From Hyphomicrobiales bacterium (lineage in GTDB: Bacteria > Pseudomonadota > Alphaproteobacteria > Rhizobiales > Xanthobacteraceae): a stretch of 64,000 nt of DNA. Positions 1-9,923 of the stretch are shown piece by piece (position 1 is the stretch's first letter; each line of letters begins with the position of its first letter). The stretch is from positions 3,728 through 67,727 of the forward strand of contig JAFKKG010000030.1 of NCBI GenBank assembly GCA_017305715.1, written 5' to 3'. A model generated the notes under the pieces. The model was given only the letters and a program-made list of their open reading frames with translations, was not told the DNA's origin and ran no database searches. The position numbers and the translations under genes are program-made.

Positions 1-17
1 GAAGGCAACAGGGGGAT

Positions 18-1196
18 ATGATGAAGAAGAAACTTTTCGCGGCGGCGCTGGCGATGTCGACGTCGATCGTGGCCGCGCAGGCGGCCGATGGTCCGGTCAA
101 AATCGGTTTCGTCAACACGTTCAGCGGTCCGAACGCCGCACTGGGCAATGACGAGCGGGACGGATTCGAACTCGCGCTCGATCATCTCGGCCGCAAGATG
201 GGCGGTCTGCCGGTGGAGGTCATCTACGAGGACGACCAGATGAAGCCCGACGTCGGCAAGCAGGCCACGGAAAGGCTGGTGCTGTCGCGCAAGGTCGATT
301 TCATCACCGGCTTCAACTGGTCCAACGTGCTGCTGGCCTCGCTGAAGCCGGCCGTCGACGGCAAGACGTTTCTGATCAGCGGCAATGCCGGGCCTTCGCA
401 GATCGCCGGCGAGCAATGTTCGCCGTATTTCTTCTCGACCTCATGGCAGAACGACCAGACGCCGATGGCGCTCGGCGAGACCCTGAACAATCGCGGCGTC
501 AAGCGTTTGTTCATCCTGGCGCCGAACTACGCCGCCGGCAAGGACATGGCCGCCGGCGTCAAGAAAACGTTCAAGGGCGAGGTGGTCGGCGAAGAGTATA
601 CCGGCTGGCCGGCCCAACTCGATTTCTCGGCGGAGTTGACAAAAATCCGTTCGGTCAAGCCCGATGCGGTCTGGGTGTTCTATCCCGGACAGGCCGGCGC
701 GCAGTTCATGCAGCAATATGCCCAGGCCGGGCTCAAGGGGACCTTGCCGATCTACAGCGTGTTCACGGTCGACGCGCTGACGCTGCCCCAGATCAAGGAG
801 CAGGCGCTGGGCCACCTCAGCACCCAGCAATGGGTGCAGGACCTCGACAATGAGGTGAACAAGCGTTTTGTCAGTGACTTCCGCAAGAAATACGGCCGCT
901 ACCCGTCCTATTATTCGGCGCAGCATTACGATGCCGGGATGCTGATCAACAGCGCGGTCGTCGCGTTGAAGGGCGATCTGAGCAACAAGGACGCGGTGCG
1001 GGACGCCTTGCGCAAGGCCGACTTCAAATCGGTGCGCGGATCATTCCGATACAATCACAATCATTTCCCGATCCAGAATTTCTATCTGCAGGAAGTCGTC
1101 AAGGACGAGGCCGGCGAGTTCACCATGAAGAGCCTCGGCCTGGTCCTGAAGGACAGTGCCGATCCCTATGCCGAGAAATGCGCGATGAAGTGGTAA
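18..1196 (+). CDS. ABC transporter substrate-binding protein, branched-chain amino acid/aromatic acid (LivK-like) family
   Basis: Signal peptide followed by VKIGFVNTFSGP...EDDQMKPDVG and AGPSQIAGEQCSPYFF, typical of PBP type 1 aromatic-binding proteins; GGGGA RBS. Confidence 0.9.
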   Translation: MMKKKLFAAALAMSTSIVAAQAADGPVKIGFVNTFSGPNAALGNDERDGFELALDHLGRKMGGLPVEVIYEDDQMKPDVGKQATERLVLSRKVDFITGFNWSNVLLASLKPAVDGKTFLISGNAGPSQIAGEQCSPYFFSTSWQNDQTPMALGETLNNRGVKRLFILAPNYAAGKDMAAGVKKTFKGEVVGEEYTGWPAQLDFSAELTKIRSVKPDAVWVFYPGQAGAQFMQQYAQAGLKGTLPIYSVFTVDALTLPQIKEQALGHLSTQQWVQDLDNEVNKRFVSDFRKKYGRYPSYYSAQHYDAGMLINSAVVALKGDLSNKDAVRDALRKADFKSVRGSFRYNHNHFPIQNFYLQEVVKDEAGEFTMKSLGLVLKDSADPYAEKCAMKW

Positions 1197-1209
1197 CGGC
1201 GGCAGTTCG

Positions 1210-1230
1210 AGCCCGTAAAGTCAACGGGCT
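1210..1230 (+). terminator. Short hairpin downstream of the binding-protein gene (possible terminator)
   Basis: AGCCCGT-N7-ACGGGCT, 14 bp after the stop; no clear U-tract. Confidence 0.3.
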
Positions 1231-1248
1231 ATGCTGACCGGCTTTGCC

Positions 1249-1331
1249 GTCATTGCGAGGAGCGTCAGCGACGAAGCAATCCATTCCTGCGCTTGGCGGG
1301 ATATGGATTGCTTCGCTTCGCTCGCAATGAC
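1249..1331. repeat. REP-like palindromic intergenic element (GTCATTGCGAG...GCAATCCA / TGGATTGC...CTCGCAATGAC type)
   Basis: Imperfect inverted arms GTCATTGCGAG-GAAGCAATCCA and TGGATTGCTTC-CTCGCAATGAC between convergent genes; a widespread rhizobial repeat type. Confidence 0.85.
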
Positions 1332-1341
1332 GACGTAGCCG

Positions 1342-1656
1342 TCAGCCGACGACGACTTCGCTGATCTGCATCACCGGCGCGATGTCGGTGTAGTTCGGGA
1401 TGTCGCCCATGATCTCCTTGGCGTGCGGGCCGAAGCCGGCCTGGAATGCCTCGACCGAGTCGGCGAAGATGTGGCACATCCCGACATAGGTCGCGGGCGC
1501 GCCGGGCGCGCCGCCGCCGAGGCCCTTGTCCACCGTGTAGGACTTGCAGGCGTCGCCCATCCGCGCCTTCACCAGCGGCATGTGCTTGTTCTTGTAATAA
1601 TCGTGGTCGAAGCGCGCCCCCGGTGTGTTTGGATACATAACGCTTACCTTGATCAT
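1342..1656 (-). CDS. EthD family reductase/dimeric alpha-beta barrel protein
   Basis: MIKVSVMYP...FDHDYYKNKHMPLV...IMGDIPNYTD; GAGGGA RBS before ATG 1656. Confidence 0.85.
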   Translation of the reverse strand: MIKVSVMYPNTPGARFDHDYYKNKHMPLVKARMGDACKSYTVDKGLGGGAPGAPATYVGMCHIFADSVEAFQAGFGPHAKEIMGDIPNYTDIAPVMQISEVVVG

Positions 1657-1807
1657 GGCGTGCTCCCTCAATGTGACAGGCGCGGGTCGATTTCCGGCGC
1701 AGGGCCAAACTCTGCGTCAGTTTTTCCGATCCTGCAACTCGGGAATCATCAGTGTGTCGCACGTCACACCGATTTGGCGTAGGCTACGGGCAGCGAGAGG
1801 AACTGTG

Positions 1808-2806
1808 ATGCAATTGCGGGATTTCGGGCGCACGGGAATGCGGCTCTCGGTGCTGGGCTTTGGGTGCGGCGCCGTCGGCGGGATCATGGTGCGTGGCGAG
1901 CGCGCCGACCAGGAACGGCTGGTGGCGCGGGCGCTCGAGGTCGGCGTCAATTATTTCGACACCGCGGTGCTCTATGGCGACGGTGAATCGGAAAGGAATC
2001 TCGGCCGCGTTCTGCAACGGCTGAAGCCGGCGGGCGCGATCGTCGGCACCAAGGTTCGGGTGCCGCCGGCCGAGTTCGGCCGCATGGCCGATGCCATCAC
2101 GACATCGCTCGAAGGCAGCCTGGCGCGGCTGGGCCTCGATCACGTCGACATCTTTCATTTGCACAATCCGATCACGACGAGCGGCGGCGGATCGACGCTG
2201 GGTGCGGGGCAGGTGCTCGAAGAAGTGGTGCCGGCGTTCGAACGGCTGCGCCAGCAGGGCAAGATTCGATATCTCGGAATTTCGGCGGTCGGCGATACCG
2301 CGGCTTTGCATCAGGTGATCGATTCAGGCCGCTTCGACAGCGCGCAGATCGTCTACAACATGCTCAATCCATCCGCCGCGGAAGAATTGCCGCCCAACTA
2401 TCCGGCGCAGGATTACCGGCGCCTGTTCGATCATACGCGCGACGCCGGTGTCGGCGTCGTCGGCATCCGCGTGCTGGCTGGTGGCGCATTGTCGGGCTCG
2501 GCGGCGCGGCATCCGATCGCCAGCCCGGCGCCGGAGCCGATCGGCTCGGCCATGCGCTACGACGCCGATATCGAGCGCGCGCGCCGCCTGATGCCGCTGG
2601 TGCAGGAAGGGTTTGCCAGCAGTTTGACCGAAGCCGCCACCCGGTTTGCGCTGTCGCATCCGGCGATGGGGACCATCCTGGTCGGCATGGCAACGCCGCA
2701 GGAGTTCGAGGGCGCCTTCGCCGCGGTCGAAAAAGGCCCGCTGCCGCAGGCGGCACTCGACCGGCTGTCGGCGCTGCGGCAGGCCTTTTCCGGCGAGGCG
2801 CGCTGA
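1808..2806 (+). CDS. Aldo/keto reductase
   Basis: FGRTGMRLSVLGFGCG, NYFDTAVLYGDGESE, VDIFHLH; GAGAGG RBS before ATG 1808. Confidence 0.9.
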   Translation: MQLRDFGRTGMRLSVLGFGCGAVGGIMVRGERADQERLVARALEVGVNYFDTAVLYGDGESERNLGRVLQRLKPAGAIVGTKVRVPPAEFGRMADAITTSLEGSLARLGLDHVDIFHLHNPITTSGGGSTLGAGQVLEEVVPAFERLRQQGKIRYLGISAVGDTAALHQVIDSGRFDSAQIVYNMLNPSAAEELPPNYPAQDYRRLFDHTRDAGVGVVGIRVLAGGALSGSAARHPIASPAPEPIGSAMRYDADIERARRLMPLVQEGFASSLTEAATRFALSHPAMGTILVGMATPQEFEGAFAAVEKGPLPQAALDRLSALRQAFSGEAR

Positions 2807-2813
2807 ACGTCCT

Positions 2814-3389
2814 CTACCGTCCCGGGCTGGAAATCAGCGGCGGGGCGGTGGCGCCGGCGGCGAGCGAGCGCTGCACCATGACGGTGTCCGACCAGCGGCC
2901 ATAGCGATAGGCGACGCCAGGCAAGAGGCCCGCCCGCGCAAACCCGAATCGCTCATGCAGCGCGAGCGAGGCGGTGTTGTCGGAATCGATATAGCCGATC
3001 ATCTGCCGAAAGCCGGCCGCCGCGCACACATCGATCAGTTCCCGCAGCAGCAGCCGTCCGACGCCGCGTCCCTGATGTTCGCGGTGGACATAGATCGAAT
3101 GCTTGACGGCGTAGCGATAGGCCGGCCGCTTGCGGAACAGCACGACATAGGCATAGCCCACCACCTCGCCGCCGCAGACCGCCACCAGATGCGGCAGGCG
3201 CTGGCTGCGCAGATTCTTGCGCCGGTCGCGCAGATCGTCCGGCTCCGGCGTGCCGCTGTCATCGACGCCTTCCTCGATGCCGCGGCGGATGTGGTGGCGG
3301 TAGATCGCCAGCATCGCCTCGACATCGCCGTCGCGCGAGGCTCGCACCAGCACCGGCGCCTCGTTGGTTGTTTCGATCGGCCGGTTCAT
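2814..3389 (-). CDS. GNAT N-acetyltransferase, phosphinothricin acetyltransferase (Pat/YncA)-like
   Basis: GYAYVVLFRKRPAYRYAVKHSIYV...QGRGVGRLLL; NTASLALHERFGF; ATGA overlap with the upstream stop. Confidence 0.9.
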   Translation of the reverse strand: MNRPIETTNEAPVLVRASRDGDVEAMLAIYRHHIRRGIEEGVDDSGTPEPDDLRDRRKNLRSQRLPHLVAVCGGEVVGYAYVVLFRKRPAYRYAVKHSIYVHREHQGRGVGRLLLRELIDVCAAAGFRQMIGYIDSDNTASLALHERFGFARAGLLPGVAYRYGRWSDTVMVQRSLAAGATAPPLISSPGR

Positions 3390-5743
3390 TCGCAGACCAC
3401 GTAAGTGTAAAGCCGGATGCGGCCGGACGCGTCGACTTCCTTGTAGACGCCCTGGATCTCGACGTCGAAGCCGGGGAAGCTGTTGAAGCAGGTTTCGAAC
3501 ATTTTGAGGTAGTCGATCATCGGCTGCGCCCGCTCGCTCAATCGCTCGCCCGGCACGATGGTGGCGATCCCGGGCGGATAGACGACAAAGGGCGTCGTGG
3601 CAATGCGGCCGCCGATGGCGTCGATGGCGAGATAGTCGACGTCGTTGCGCACGAGGTAACGCGCGGCATCGCGCGGCGACATTGCGATGTCCGGCAAATG
3701 CTCGGCGAGGAACTGCCTGGCCTGCAGCGTGCTGACGCCGGCGTCGCGGAAGAAGCGATGCATGTCGCCGCAGAGATCGCGCAGGCGCACGCCGGCATAG
3801 CGCTTCGGCCGGCGCTGGAAAAATTCCGGGATCACGTCTTCCAGCAGCGCGTTGTCGTCGTGCAGCTTCTTGAAGGCGACGAGGCCGCTGATCAACGTGC
3901 CGGCCTTGCTGGCCTCGACGCCGGGGGTCAGCAGGAACAGCAGCGAGTTGAGGTCGTTCTTCTCCGCCACGATACGGTTTTCGCGCAGATATTGCGCGAC
4001 GATGGGCGCGGGGATGCCGTGGTCGGCATAGCGGCCGGTGGCGTGGTCGAAACCGGGGGTCAGCACGGTGAGCTTGTTCGGGTCGGTCATGGCAAAGCCC
4101 GCGGTCAGGCCGGGAAAGCCGTGCCACAGCGAGTCCGGCGAAAGCTGCCAATAGCCGGGATCGGTGACCAGCAGGTCGGTCGAGATGCTCTCCCAGGCCA
4201 CATTGTGCACGGCGCCCTCGCGCGAGGCGTCCGGGATCGCGACGCGGTCGGGCACGAACGGCTCGAAGAACCAGCGGCGCTCGGGGCGGGTTTCCTTTTC
4301 CTCGAATTCGCGGCGGACCGCGCGCATCTTCTTGCGCAGTTCGATGCCGAGCCGGATGGTGTCGTCCCACAGCACTTCGCCGGAGCGGCCTTTCATCATC
4401 TGCGCGCCGACGTCGAGGGAAGCAAAGATCGGATAGAACGGCGAGGTCGAGGCGTGCTGCATGAAGCTTTCGTTGAAGCGGCGGTGCTCGATGCGGCGCT
4501 TCTGGCCGGTGATGTGGCGATCCTTGATGTGGATTTGCGAAGCCTGCGAAAAACTCGCCAGCTGCTTGTGGGTCGACTGGGTCGCGATGATGCCGGGCGC
4601 CTCGGGACCGAGATTCCCGAGCCCCATCGCGAAACGTCCGGCATAAAGCGGATGAAACTTCATGAAGCCGGCCCAGGCCTCGTCGAACAGGATGTAATCG
4701 CAGAGATGGCCGATCGCCTTGATGATCATCTCGGCATTGTGGATGGTGCCGTCATAGGTGCACTGCTCGATCACCGCCACCCGAAAAGGGCGCGGCTTGC
4801 GCCAGGCTTCCGGGTCCTTGACCAGCGGATGGCTGCGGATGCGTTCGCGCAAACTGGTCTCGTCGATCGCATCCCAGCGCATCGGGCCGATCAACCCCCA
4901 GGCGTTGCGGACCGTCGGGATATAGACCGGGATGCCGCCGGCCATCATCAGCGCGCCATGATGGGCCGCCTTGTGGTTGTTGCGGTCGAACAGCACGAGG
5001 TCGCCGTCGGTGACCAGCGCGCCCAGCACCACCTTGTTGGAGGTCGAGGTGCCGTTGAGCACGAAATAGGTCTTTTCCGCGCCGAAGATCTGCGCGGCTT
5101 CCTTTTGCGCCTTCAGCGCCGGGCCCTCATGGGTCAGGAGATCGCCGAGGTCGAGCACGGAATTGTCGAGGTCGTCGCGGAACACCGCTTCGCCGAGATG
5201 TTCGACGAACACCCGGCCGATCGGGCTGCGGCTGTAGAACACGCCGCCATTATGGCCCGGGCAGGTCCATAGCTGGTTGCCCTCTTCGGCATAGTCGACC
5301 AGCGCGCCGAAGAACGGCGTCTTCAGGGTCTCGGCATATTGCTTCAGCCGGCTGATCAAATTCTTGGCGATGAAGGGCGGCGTTTCCTCGGACAGGAAGA
5401 CGTAACCGTCGATGAAATCCAGCACTTCCACCGGCAAATCCTCGAACCGCTTGCGGCGGATCAACAGGATGATCGGGAAGTCGAGGCCGCGCCGCCGCAT
5501 CAGGTTGATCAGGGCCATGGTCTTGCCTTCGAGGCCCTTCTTGCCCCAGTCGACCACCATGCAGCCGATCGCCGCGTCGGTCTGGACCTGGATTTCCGCA
5601 TCCTCGAGCTTGCGCGCCCGGACCACTTCAAAGCCGGAACGCTCGATCTCGGTGATGATCTGGTTGAAACGCAGCCCCTCGAGATCGTCATTATCGAACA
5701 CGGGCGCGGCGAACAGAAAGGTGAAGCGTCGGAAATAGTCCAT
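3386..5743 (-). CDS. Orn/Lys/Arg decarboxylase (PLP-dependent, with N-terminal wing domain)
   Basis: TCPGHNGG, YFVLNGTSTSNK, FDEAW, TQSTHKQLAS (PLP lysine), YPPG; 785 aa from MDYFRRF. Confidence 0.92.
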   Translation of the reverse strand: MDYFRRFTFLFAAPVFDNDDLEGLRFNQIITEIERSGFEVVRARKLEDAEIQVQTDAAIGCMVVDWGKKGLEGKTMALINLMRRRGLDFPIILLIRRKRFEDLPVEVLDFIDGYVFLSEETPPFIAKNLISRLKQYAETLKTPFFGALVDYAEEGNQLWTCPGHNGGVFYSRSPIGRVFVEHLGEAVFRDDLDNSVLDLGDLLTHEGPALKAQKEAAQIFGAEKTYFVLNGTSTSNKVVLGALVTDGDLVLFDRNNHKAAHHGALMMAGGIPVYIPTVRNAWGLIGPMRWDAIDETSLRERIRSHPLVKDPEAWRKPRPFRVAVIEQCTYDGTIHNAEMIIKAIGHLCDYILFDEAWAGFMKFHPLYAGRFAMGLGNLGPEAPGIIATQSTHKQLASFSQASQIHIKDRHITGQKRRIEHRRFNESFMQHASTSPFYPIFASLDVGAQMMKGRSGEVLWDDTIRLGIELRKKMRAVRREFEEKETRPERRWFFEPFVPDRVAIPDASREGAVHNVAWESISTDLLVTDPGYWQLSPDSLWHGFPGLTAGFAMTDPNKLTVLTPGFDHATGRYADHGIPAPIVAQYLRENRIVAEKNDLNSLLFLLTPGVEASKAGTLISGLVAFKKLHDDNALLEDVIPEFFQRRPKRYAGVRLRDLCGDMHRFFRDAGVSTLQARQFLAEHLPDIAMSPRDAARYLVRNDVDYLAIDAIGGRIATTPFVVYPPGIATIVPGERLSERAQPMIDYLKMFETCFNSFPGFDVEIQGVYKEVDASGRIRLYTYVVCE

Positions 5744-5895
5744 CGGGTTCCTCGATTGTGTGCCGGACAAGCTGTTGGGGCATTCGATGACATCTGGATG
5801 ACAGTAGTTCCACAGCTCCGGAACGGCGCCAAGCGGCTCACCTCGGCGCCGTGGAGCCACGCGGCGGCCTCCTGTCTGTGAAGTGAGGGCCGCTT

Positions 5896-5921
5896 GGAAC
5901 ATCCGGGGAGGCTTCGTGGTT
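5896..5921 (+). promoter_or_regulatory. Putative sigma-EcfG (general stress) promoter of paoABC
   Basis: GGAAC-N17-GGTT, ending 24 bp before the paoA ATG; matches the alphaproteobacterial EcfG/RpoE2 consensus GGAAC-N16/17-[CG]GTT. Confidence 0.5.
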
Positions 5922-5944
5922 GGGATGCAGCAGTGGAGAACAGC

Positions 5945-6607
5945 ATGCCCAACCCGGCCGATTTGAAATTCTCCCGGCGCGACCTCTTGATCGTTGGCGC
6001 CGCCTCGCTGGCGGCGCCTGCCGCCGCGGTGACGACGTCTCCCTTCGTGGCGAAGGCCGAGGTGACCCTGAAGCCCGCGCTTGCCGAGGCCCCCGTGATG
6101 TCCAAAGTTTCGTTCAGCGTGAACGGCAAAACGCGCGAGCTCATGGTCGATACGCGAACCACGCTGCTCGACGCCCTGCGCGAGAATCTGCATTTCACCG
6201 GAACGAAAAAAGGCTGCGATCACGGCCAGTGCGGCGCATGCACGGTGATTGTCGACGGGCGCCGGATCAATTCCTGCCTCACGCTCGCCGTGATGCACGA
6301 GGGCGACAGCGTCACCACCATCGAGGGGTTGGGGACGCCCGAAAACATGCATCCGATGCAGGCGGCGTTCGTCAAGCATGACGGCTATCAATGCGGCTAC
6401 TGCACGCCCGGGCAGATCTGCTCGGCGGTGGCGGTGCTCGACGAGATCAAGGCGGGCATCCCGAGCCACGTCAGTGCCGACCTGAACGCGGCCCCGCAAT
6501 TTTCCGCCGCTGAACTCCGCGAACGGATGAGCGGCAATATCTGCCGCTGCGCAGCCTATTCCAACATCGTCGATGCGGTCACCGAGGTTGCCGGGAGCAA
6601 GGCATGA
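5945..6607 (+). CDS. paoA: Aldehyde oxidoreductase 2Fe-2S subunit, Tat-exported
   Basis: SRRDLL Tat motif; [16 protein letters not shown] and QCGYCTPGQ...NICRC clusters. Confidence 0.9.
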   Translation: MPNPADLKFSRRDLLIVGAASLAAPAAAVTTSPFVAKAEVTLKPALAEAPVMSKVSFSVNGKTRELMVDTRTTLLDALRENLHFTGTKKGCDHGQCGACTVIVDGRRINSCLTLAVMHEGDSVTTIEGLGTPENMHPMQAAFVKHDGYQCGYCTPGQICSAVAVLDEIKAGIPSHVSADLNAAPQFSAAELRERMSGNICRCAAYSNIVDAVTEVAGSKA

Positions 6608-7554
6608 AATCCGTCAGCTACGAGCGCGCCAATTCGCCCGCCGAGGCGGCCGCCGCTGCCGCGCGCACCCCGCGCGCCAAGTTTATCGCGGGCGGTACCA
6701 ATCTGCTCGATTTGATGAAACTCGAAATCGAGACGCCGTCCCATCTGATCGACGTCAATCGCCTCGACCTTGCCAAGATCGAGCCGACGTCGGACGGCGG
6801 CCTGCGGATCGGCGCGCTGGTGCGCAATACCGATCTTGCTGCCGACCCGCGGGTGCGGAGGGATTACGGCGTGCTGGCACGCGCGCTGCTCGCCGGCGCC
6901 TCCGGTCAGCTGCGCAACAAGGCGACCACCGCGGGCAATCTGCTGCAACGGACCCGTTGCCCCTATTTCTACGACACCGACCAGCCCTGCAACAAACGCC
7001 GGCCCGGCGCCGGCTGCGCGGCGATCGGCGGATTCAGCCGTCAGCATGCGGTGATCGGCGCCAGCGACGCCTGCATCGCGACCCATCCGAGCGATATGGC
7101 GGTAGCGATGCGGGCACTCGATGCTACCGTGGAGACAATTCGACCCGATGGCGCCACGCGAAACGTTCCGATTGCGGAGTTCTACCGGCTGCCGGGCGAG
7201 ACGCCCGAGATCGAGACCACACTGGCGCCGGATGAATTGATCACGGCGGTGACGCTGCCGAAGCCCGTCGGTGGCAAGCAGATTTATCGCAAGGTGCGCG
7301 ACCGCGCATCCTATGCGTTCGCGCTGGTTTCCGTCGCCGCCATCGTGCAGCGCGACGGAAGCGGAAGCGTTGCGCTTGGTGGCGTCGCGCACAAGCCGTG
7401 GCGCCTCGAAGCGGCCGACGCCGAACTGCCGCGCGGCGCACGGGCGACGACCGCGCTGTTGCTTGGCGACGCCAAGCCGACACGGGAAAACGCATTCAAG
7501 CTGACGCTGGCCGAGCGCACGCTCGGCGCGGTGCTGGCCGCGGCGAAGGGATAG
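6604..7554 (+). CDS. paoB: Aldehyde oxidoreductase FAD-binding subunit
   Basis: [31 protein letters not shown]...CNKR...[24 protein letters not shown]. Confidence 0.9.
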   Translation: MKSVSYERANSPAEAAAAAARTPRAKFIAGGTNLLDLMKLEIETPSHLIDVNRLDLAKIEPTSDGGLRIGALVRNTDLAADPRVRRDYGVLARALLAGASGQLRNKATTAGNLLQRTRCPYFYDTDQPCNKRRPGAGCAAIGGFSRQHAVIGASDACIATHPSDMAVAMRALDATVETIRPDGATRNVPIAEFYRLPGETPEIETTLAPDELITAVTLPKPVGGKQIYRKVRDRASYAFALVSVAAIVQRDGSGSVALGGVAHKPWRLEAADAELPRGARATTALLLGDAKPTRENAFKLTLAERTLGAVLAAAKG

Positions 7555-7557
7555 ATC

Positions 7558-9762
7558 ATGAAATTCGATTCCCCGGCTACCACGAATGCGATCGACCAGC
7601 TCAAGGTGATCGGCCAACCCGTCAGCCGCATCGACGGTCCGCGCAAAACCACGGGGACAGCGCCTTACGCCTTTGAACGGCACGACGCCGTGCCCGACCC
7701 GGCCTATGGTTACGTCGTTGGTTCGGCTATTTCCAAAGGCCGCATCGATGCGATCGACCTGACCGCGGCCAAGACCGCGCCCGGGGTGCTTGCCGTCGTC
7801 ACGGCTGACAATGCCGGTAAACTGGCCAAGGGCAGCCGCAATTTCGCTGCGCTGCTCGGCGGGCCGGACATCGAGCATTATCATCAGGCCATCGCCGTGG
7901 TGGTTGCCGAAACGTTTGAGCAGGCGAGGGCCGCCGCGCAATTGGTGAAGGTCGATTACAGCAGGGCCGAGGGAGTGTTCGAACTTGCTGCGGTAGCGGA
8001 TGCAGGCAATCCCGCCGAAGGCAACAGCGGTCCGGCCGATACCCAGGTCGGCGATTTTTCCGGCGCGTTTGCGGCCGCGCCCGTCAAGCTCGACGCGACC
8101 TACACCACGCCCGACGAAGCGCATGCGATGATGGAGCCGCATGCCTCCACGGCTGCCTGGAACGGGGAGACGCTCACGGTTTGGACCTCGAACCAGATGA
8201 TCGACTGGGGCGCTACCGACCTTGCCGAGACCCTGGGCATCGCCAGAGAGAAGGTTCGGCTGATATCTCCATTCATCGGCGGCGGGTTTGGCGGCAAGCT
8301 GTTCCTGCGCGCCGACGCGCTGCTTGCCGCACTCGGCGCGCGCGCGGCTGGACGGCCCGTGAAGGTGGCGCTGCACCGGCCCTTGATGTTCAACAACACC
8401 ACGCACCGTCCCGCGACAATCCAGCGCATTCGCCTCGGCGCGACCAAGGATGGCAAGATCACCGCGATCGGTCATGAGTGCTGGTCCGGCAATCTGCCGG
8501 GCGGCAAGCCCGAGGCGGCGGTGGAGCAGACCCGCTTGCTTTATGCCGGGGCCAACCGGATGACCAACATAAGGCTGTCGGCGCTCGATTTGCCCGAAGG
8601 CAATGCGATGCGGGCGCCGGGTGAGGCGTCCGGCATGATGGCGCTCGAGATTGCCATTGACGAGATGGCCGAGAAGCTCGGGCTCGATCCGGTCGAATTT
8701 CGTATCCTCAACGATACGCAGGTCGACCCGGAAAAGCCGCAGCGGCCGTTCTCCCTGCGCCGCTTCACCGAATGCTTCGAAACCGGCGCCGCGCGCTTCG
8801 GCTGGAGCAAGCGCAACGCCCAGCCTGGCAAGGTCCGTGATGGCAACTGGCTGGTTGGTCTCGGGACAGCCGCCGCCTTCCGGAACAATCTTTTGACCAA
8901 ATCGGCCGCGCGCGTCCGGCTCGACGGCCGCGGGGTCGTCACGGTCGAAACCGACATGACCGATATCGGTACCGGCAGCTATACGATCATCGCGCAGACT
9001 GCCGCCGAGATGATGGGTGTCCCGCTGGAGAAGGTCGTGGTGCATCTGGGCGACTCGACCTTCCCGGTGTCGGCAGGTTCAGGCGGGCAATGGGGCGGTA
9101 ACAATTCGACAGCCGGTGTCTATGCCGCCTGTATGAAGCTGCGCGAAGCCGTCGCGCAAAGGCTGGGCTTCAACTCTGCCGAAGCCGATTTCATCGACGG
9201 GCAGGTCCGCTCGGGCACCCGCAGCGTCCCGCTCGTGCAGGCCGCGGGCGACATCGAGCTCGTTGCCGAAGACGGCATTGAATATGGCGACCTCGGCAAG
9301 ATGGTTCAGCAGTCGACGTTCGGCGCGCACTTCGTCGAGGTTGGCGTCGATACCGCGACCGCAGAAATCCGCGTGCGGCGAATGCTGGCGGTGTGCTCCG
9401 CCGGCCGCATCCTCAATCCGAAGACGGCGCGCAGCCAGGTCATCGGGGCGATGACCATGGGGGTCGGTGCGGCGCTGATGGAAGAGCTCGTGGTCGACAA
9501 GCGCCATGGCTTCTTCGTTAATCACGATCTCGCCGGTTACGAGGTGCCGGTTCACGCCGATATTCCGCATCAGGATGTGATCTTCCTCGACGAAACCGAT
9601 CCGATGTCGTCGCCGATGAAGGCCAAGGGCATCGCCGAACTCGGCATTTGCGGGGTCGCCGCGGCGGTCGCCAACGCGATCTACAATGCGACAGGGGTGC
9701 GGGTGCGGGACTATCCGATCACGCTCGACAAGCTCTTGCCGCGGCTTCCGGAAGTCGGGTGA
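7558..9762 (+). CDS. paoC: Aldehyde oxidoreductase molybdenum-binding subunit
   Basis: IGGGFGGKL, AMRAPGEA, TDIGTGSYT, SAGSGGQ, KGIAELGICG. Confidence 0.9.
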   Translation: MKFDSPATTNAIDQLKVIGQPVSRIDGPRKTTGTAPYAFERHDAVPDPAYGYVVGSAISKGRIDAIDLTAAKTAPGVLAVVTADNAGKLAKGSRNFAALLGGPDIEHYHQAIAVVVAETFEQARAAAQLVKVDYSRAEGVFELAAVADAGNPAEGNSGPADTQVGDFSGAFAAAPVKLDATYTTPDEAHAMMEPHASTAAWNGETLTVWTSNQMIDWGATDLAETLGIAREKVRLISPFIGGGFGGKLFLRADALLAALGARAAGRPVKVALHRPLMFNNTTHRPATIQRIRLGATKDGKITAIGHECWSGNLPGGKPEAAVEQTRLLYAGANRMTNIRLSALDLPEGNAMRAPGEASGMMALEIAIDEMAEKLGLDPVEFRILNDTQVDPEKPQRPFSLRRFTECFETGAARFGWSKRNAQPGKVRDGNWLVGLGTAAAFRNNLLTKSAARVRLDGRGVVTVETDMTDIGTGSYTIIAQTAAEMMGVPLEKVVVHLGDSTFPVSAGSGGQWGGNNSTAGVYAACMKLREAVAQRLGFNSAEADFIDGQVRSGTRSVPLVQAAGDIELVAEDGIEYGDLGKMVQQSTFGAHFVEVGVDTATAEIRVRRMLAVCSAGRILNPKTARSQVIGAMTMGVGAALMEELVVDKRHGFFVNHDLAGYEVPVHADIPHQDVIFLDETDPMSSPMKAKGIAELGICGVAAAVANAIYNATGVRVRDYPITLDKLLPRLPEVG

Positions 9763-9923
9763 GCGGTTCCCCCGGCCGCAACCTCTCCATGGTACTGCCT
9801 TGCTTTGGTCAAACCGGAATGGGGTAACGGGCAGGAAGCCATGGCAGGTGAAACCTCGGGCTTCTGCGTCAATTCTGCCCGTCGCCCTCAGTCAGGGGAC
9901 ATTGGACCGAGTACGGAGCCCCG

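Noticed and set aside
3368-5272. 634-aa plus-strand ORF, and similar long antisense ORFs at 6556-9045, 11316-12950, 32942-35059, 35231-36919, 38418-40106 and 47121-48740
   Set aside because: Each lies opposite a well-supported gene and has no recognisable motifs. These are shadow ORFs expected in high-GC DNA with strong codon bias.
5744-6499. N-terminal 250-aa extension that makes the decarboxylase ORF 1037 aa
   Set aside because: It overlaps paoA on the opposite strand. Family similarity begins at MDYFRRF (5743), so this is not a fusion.
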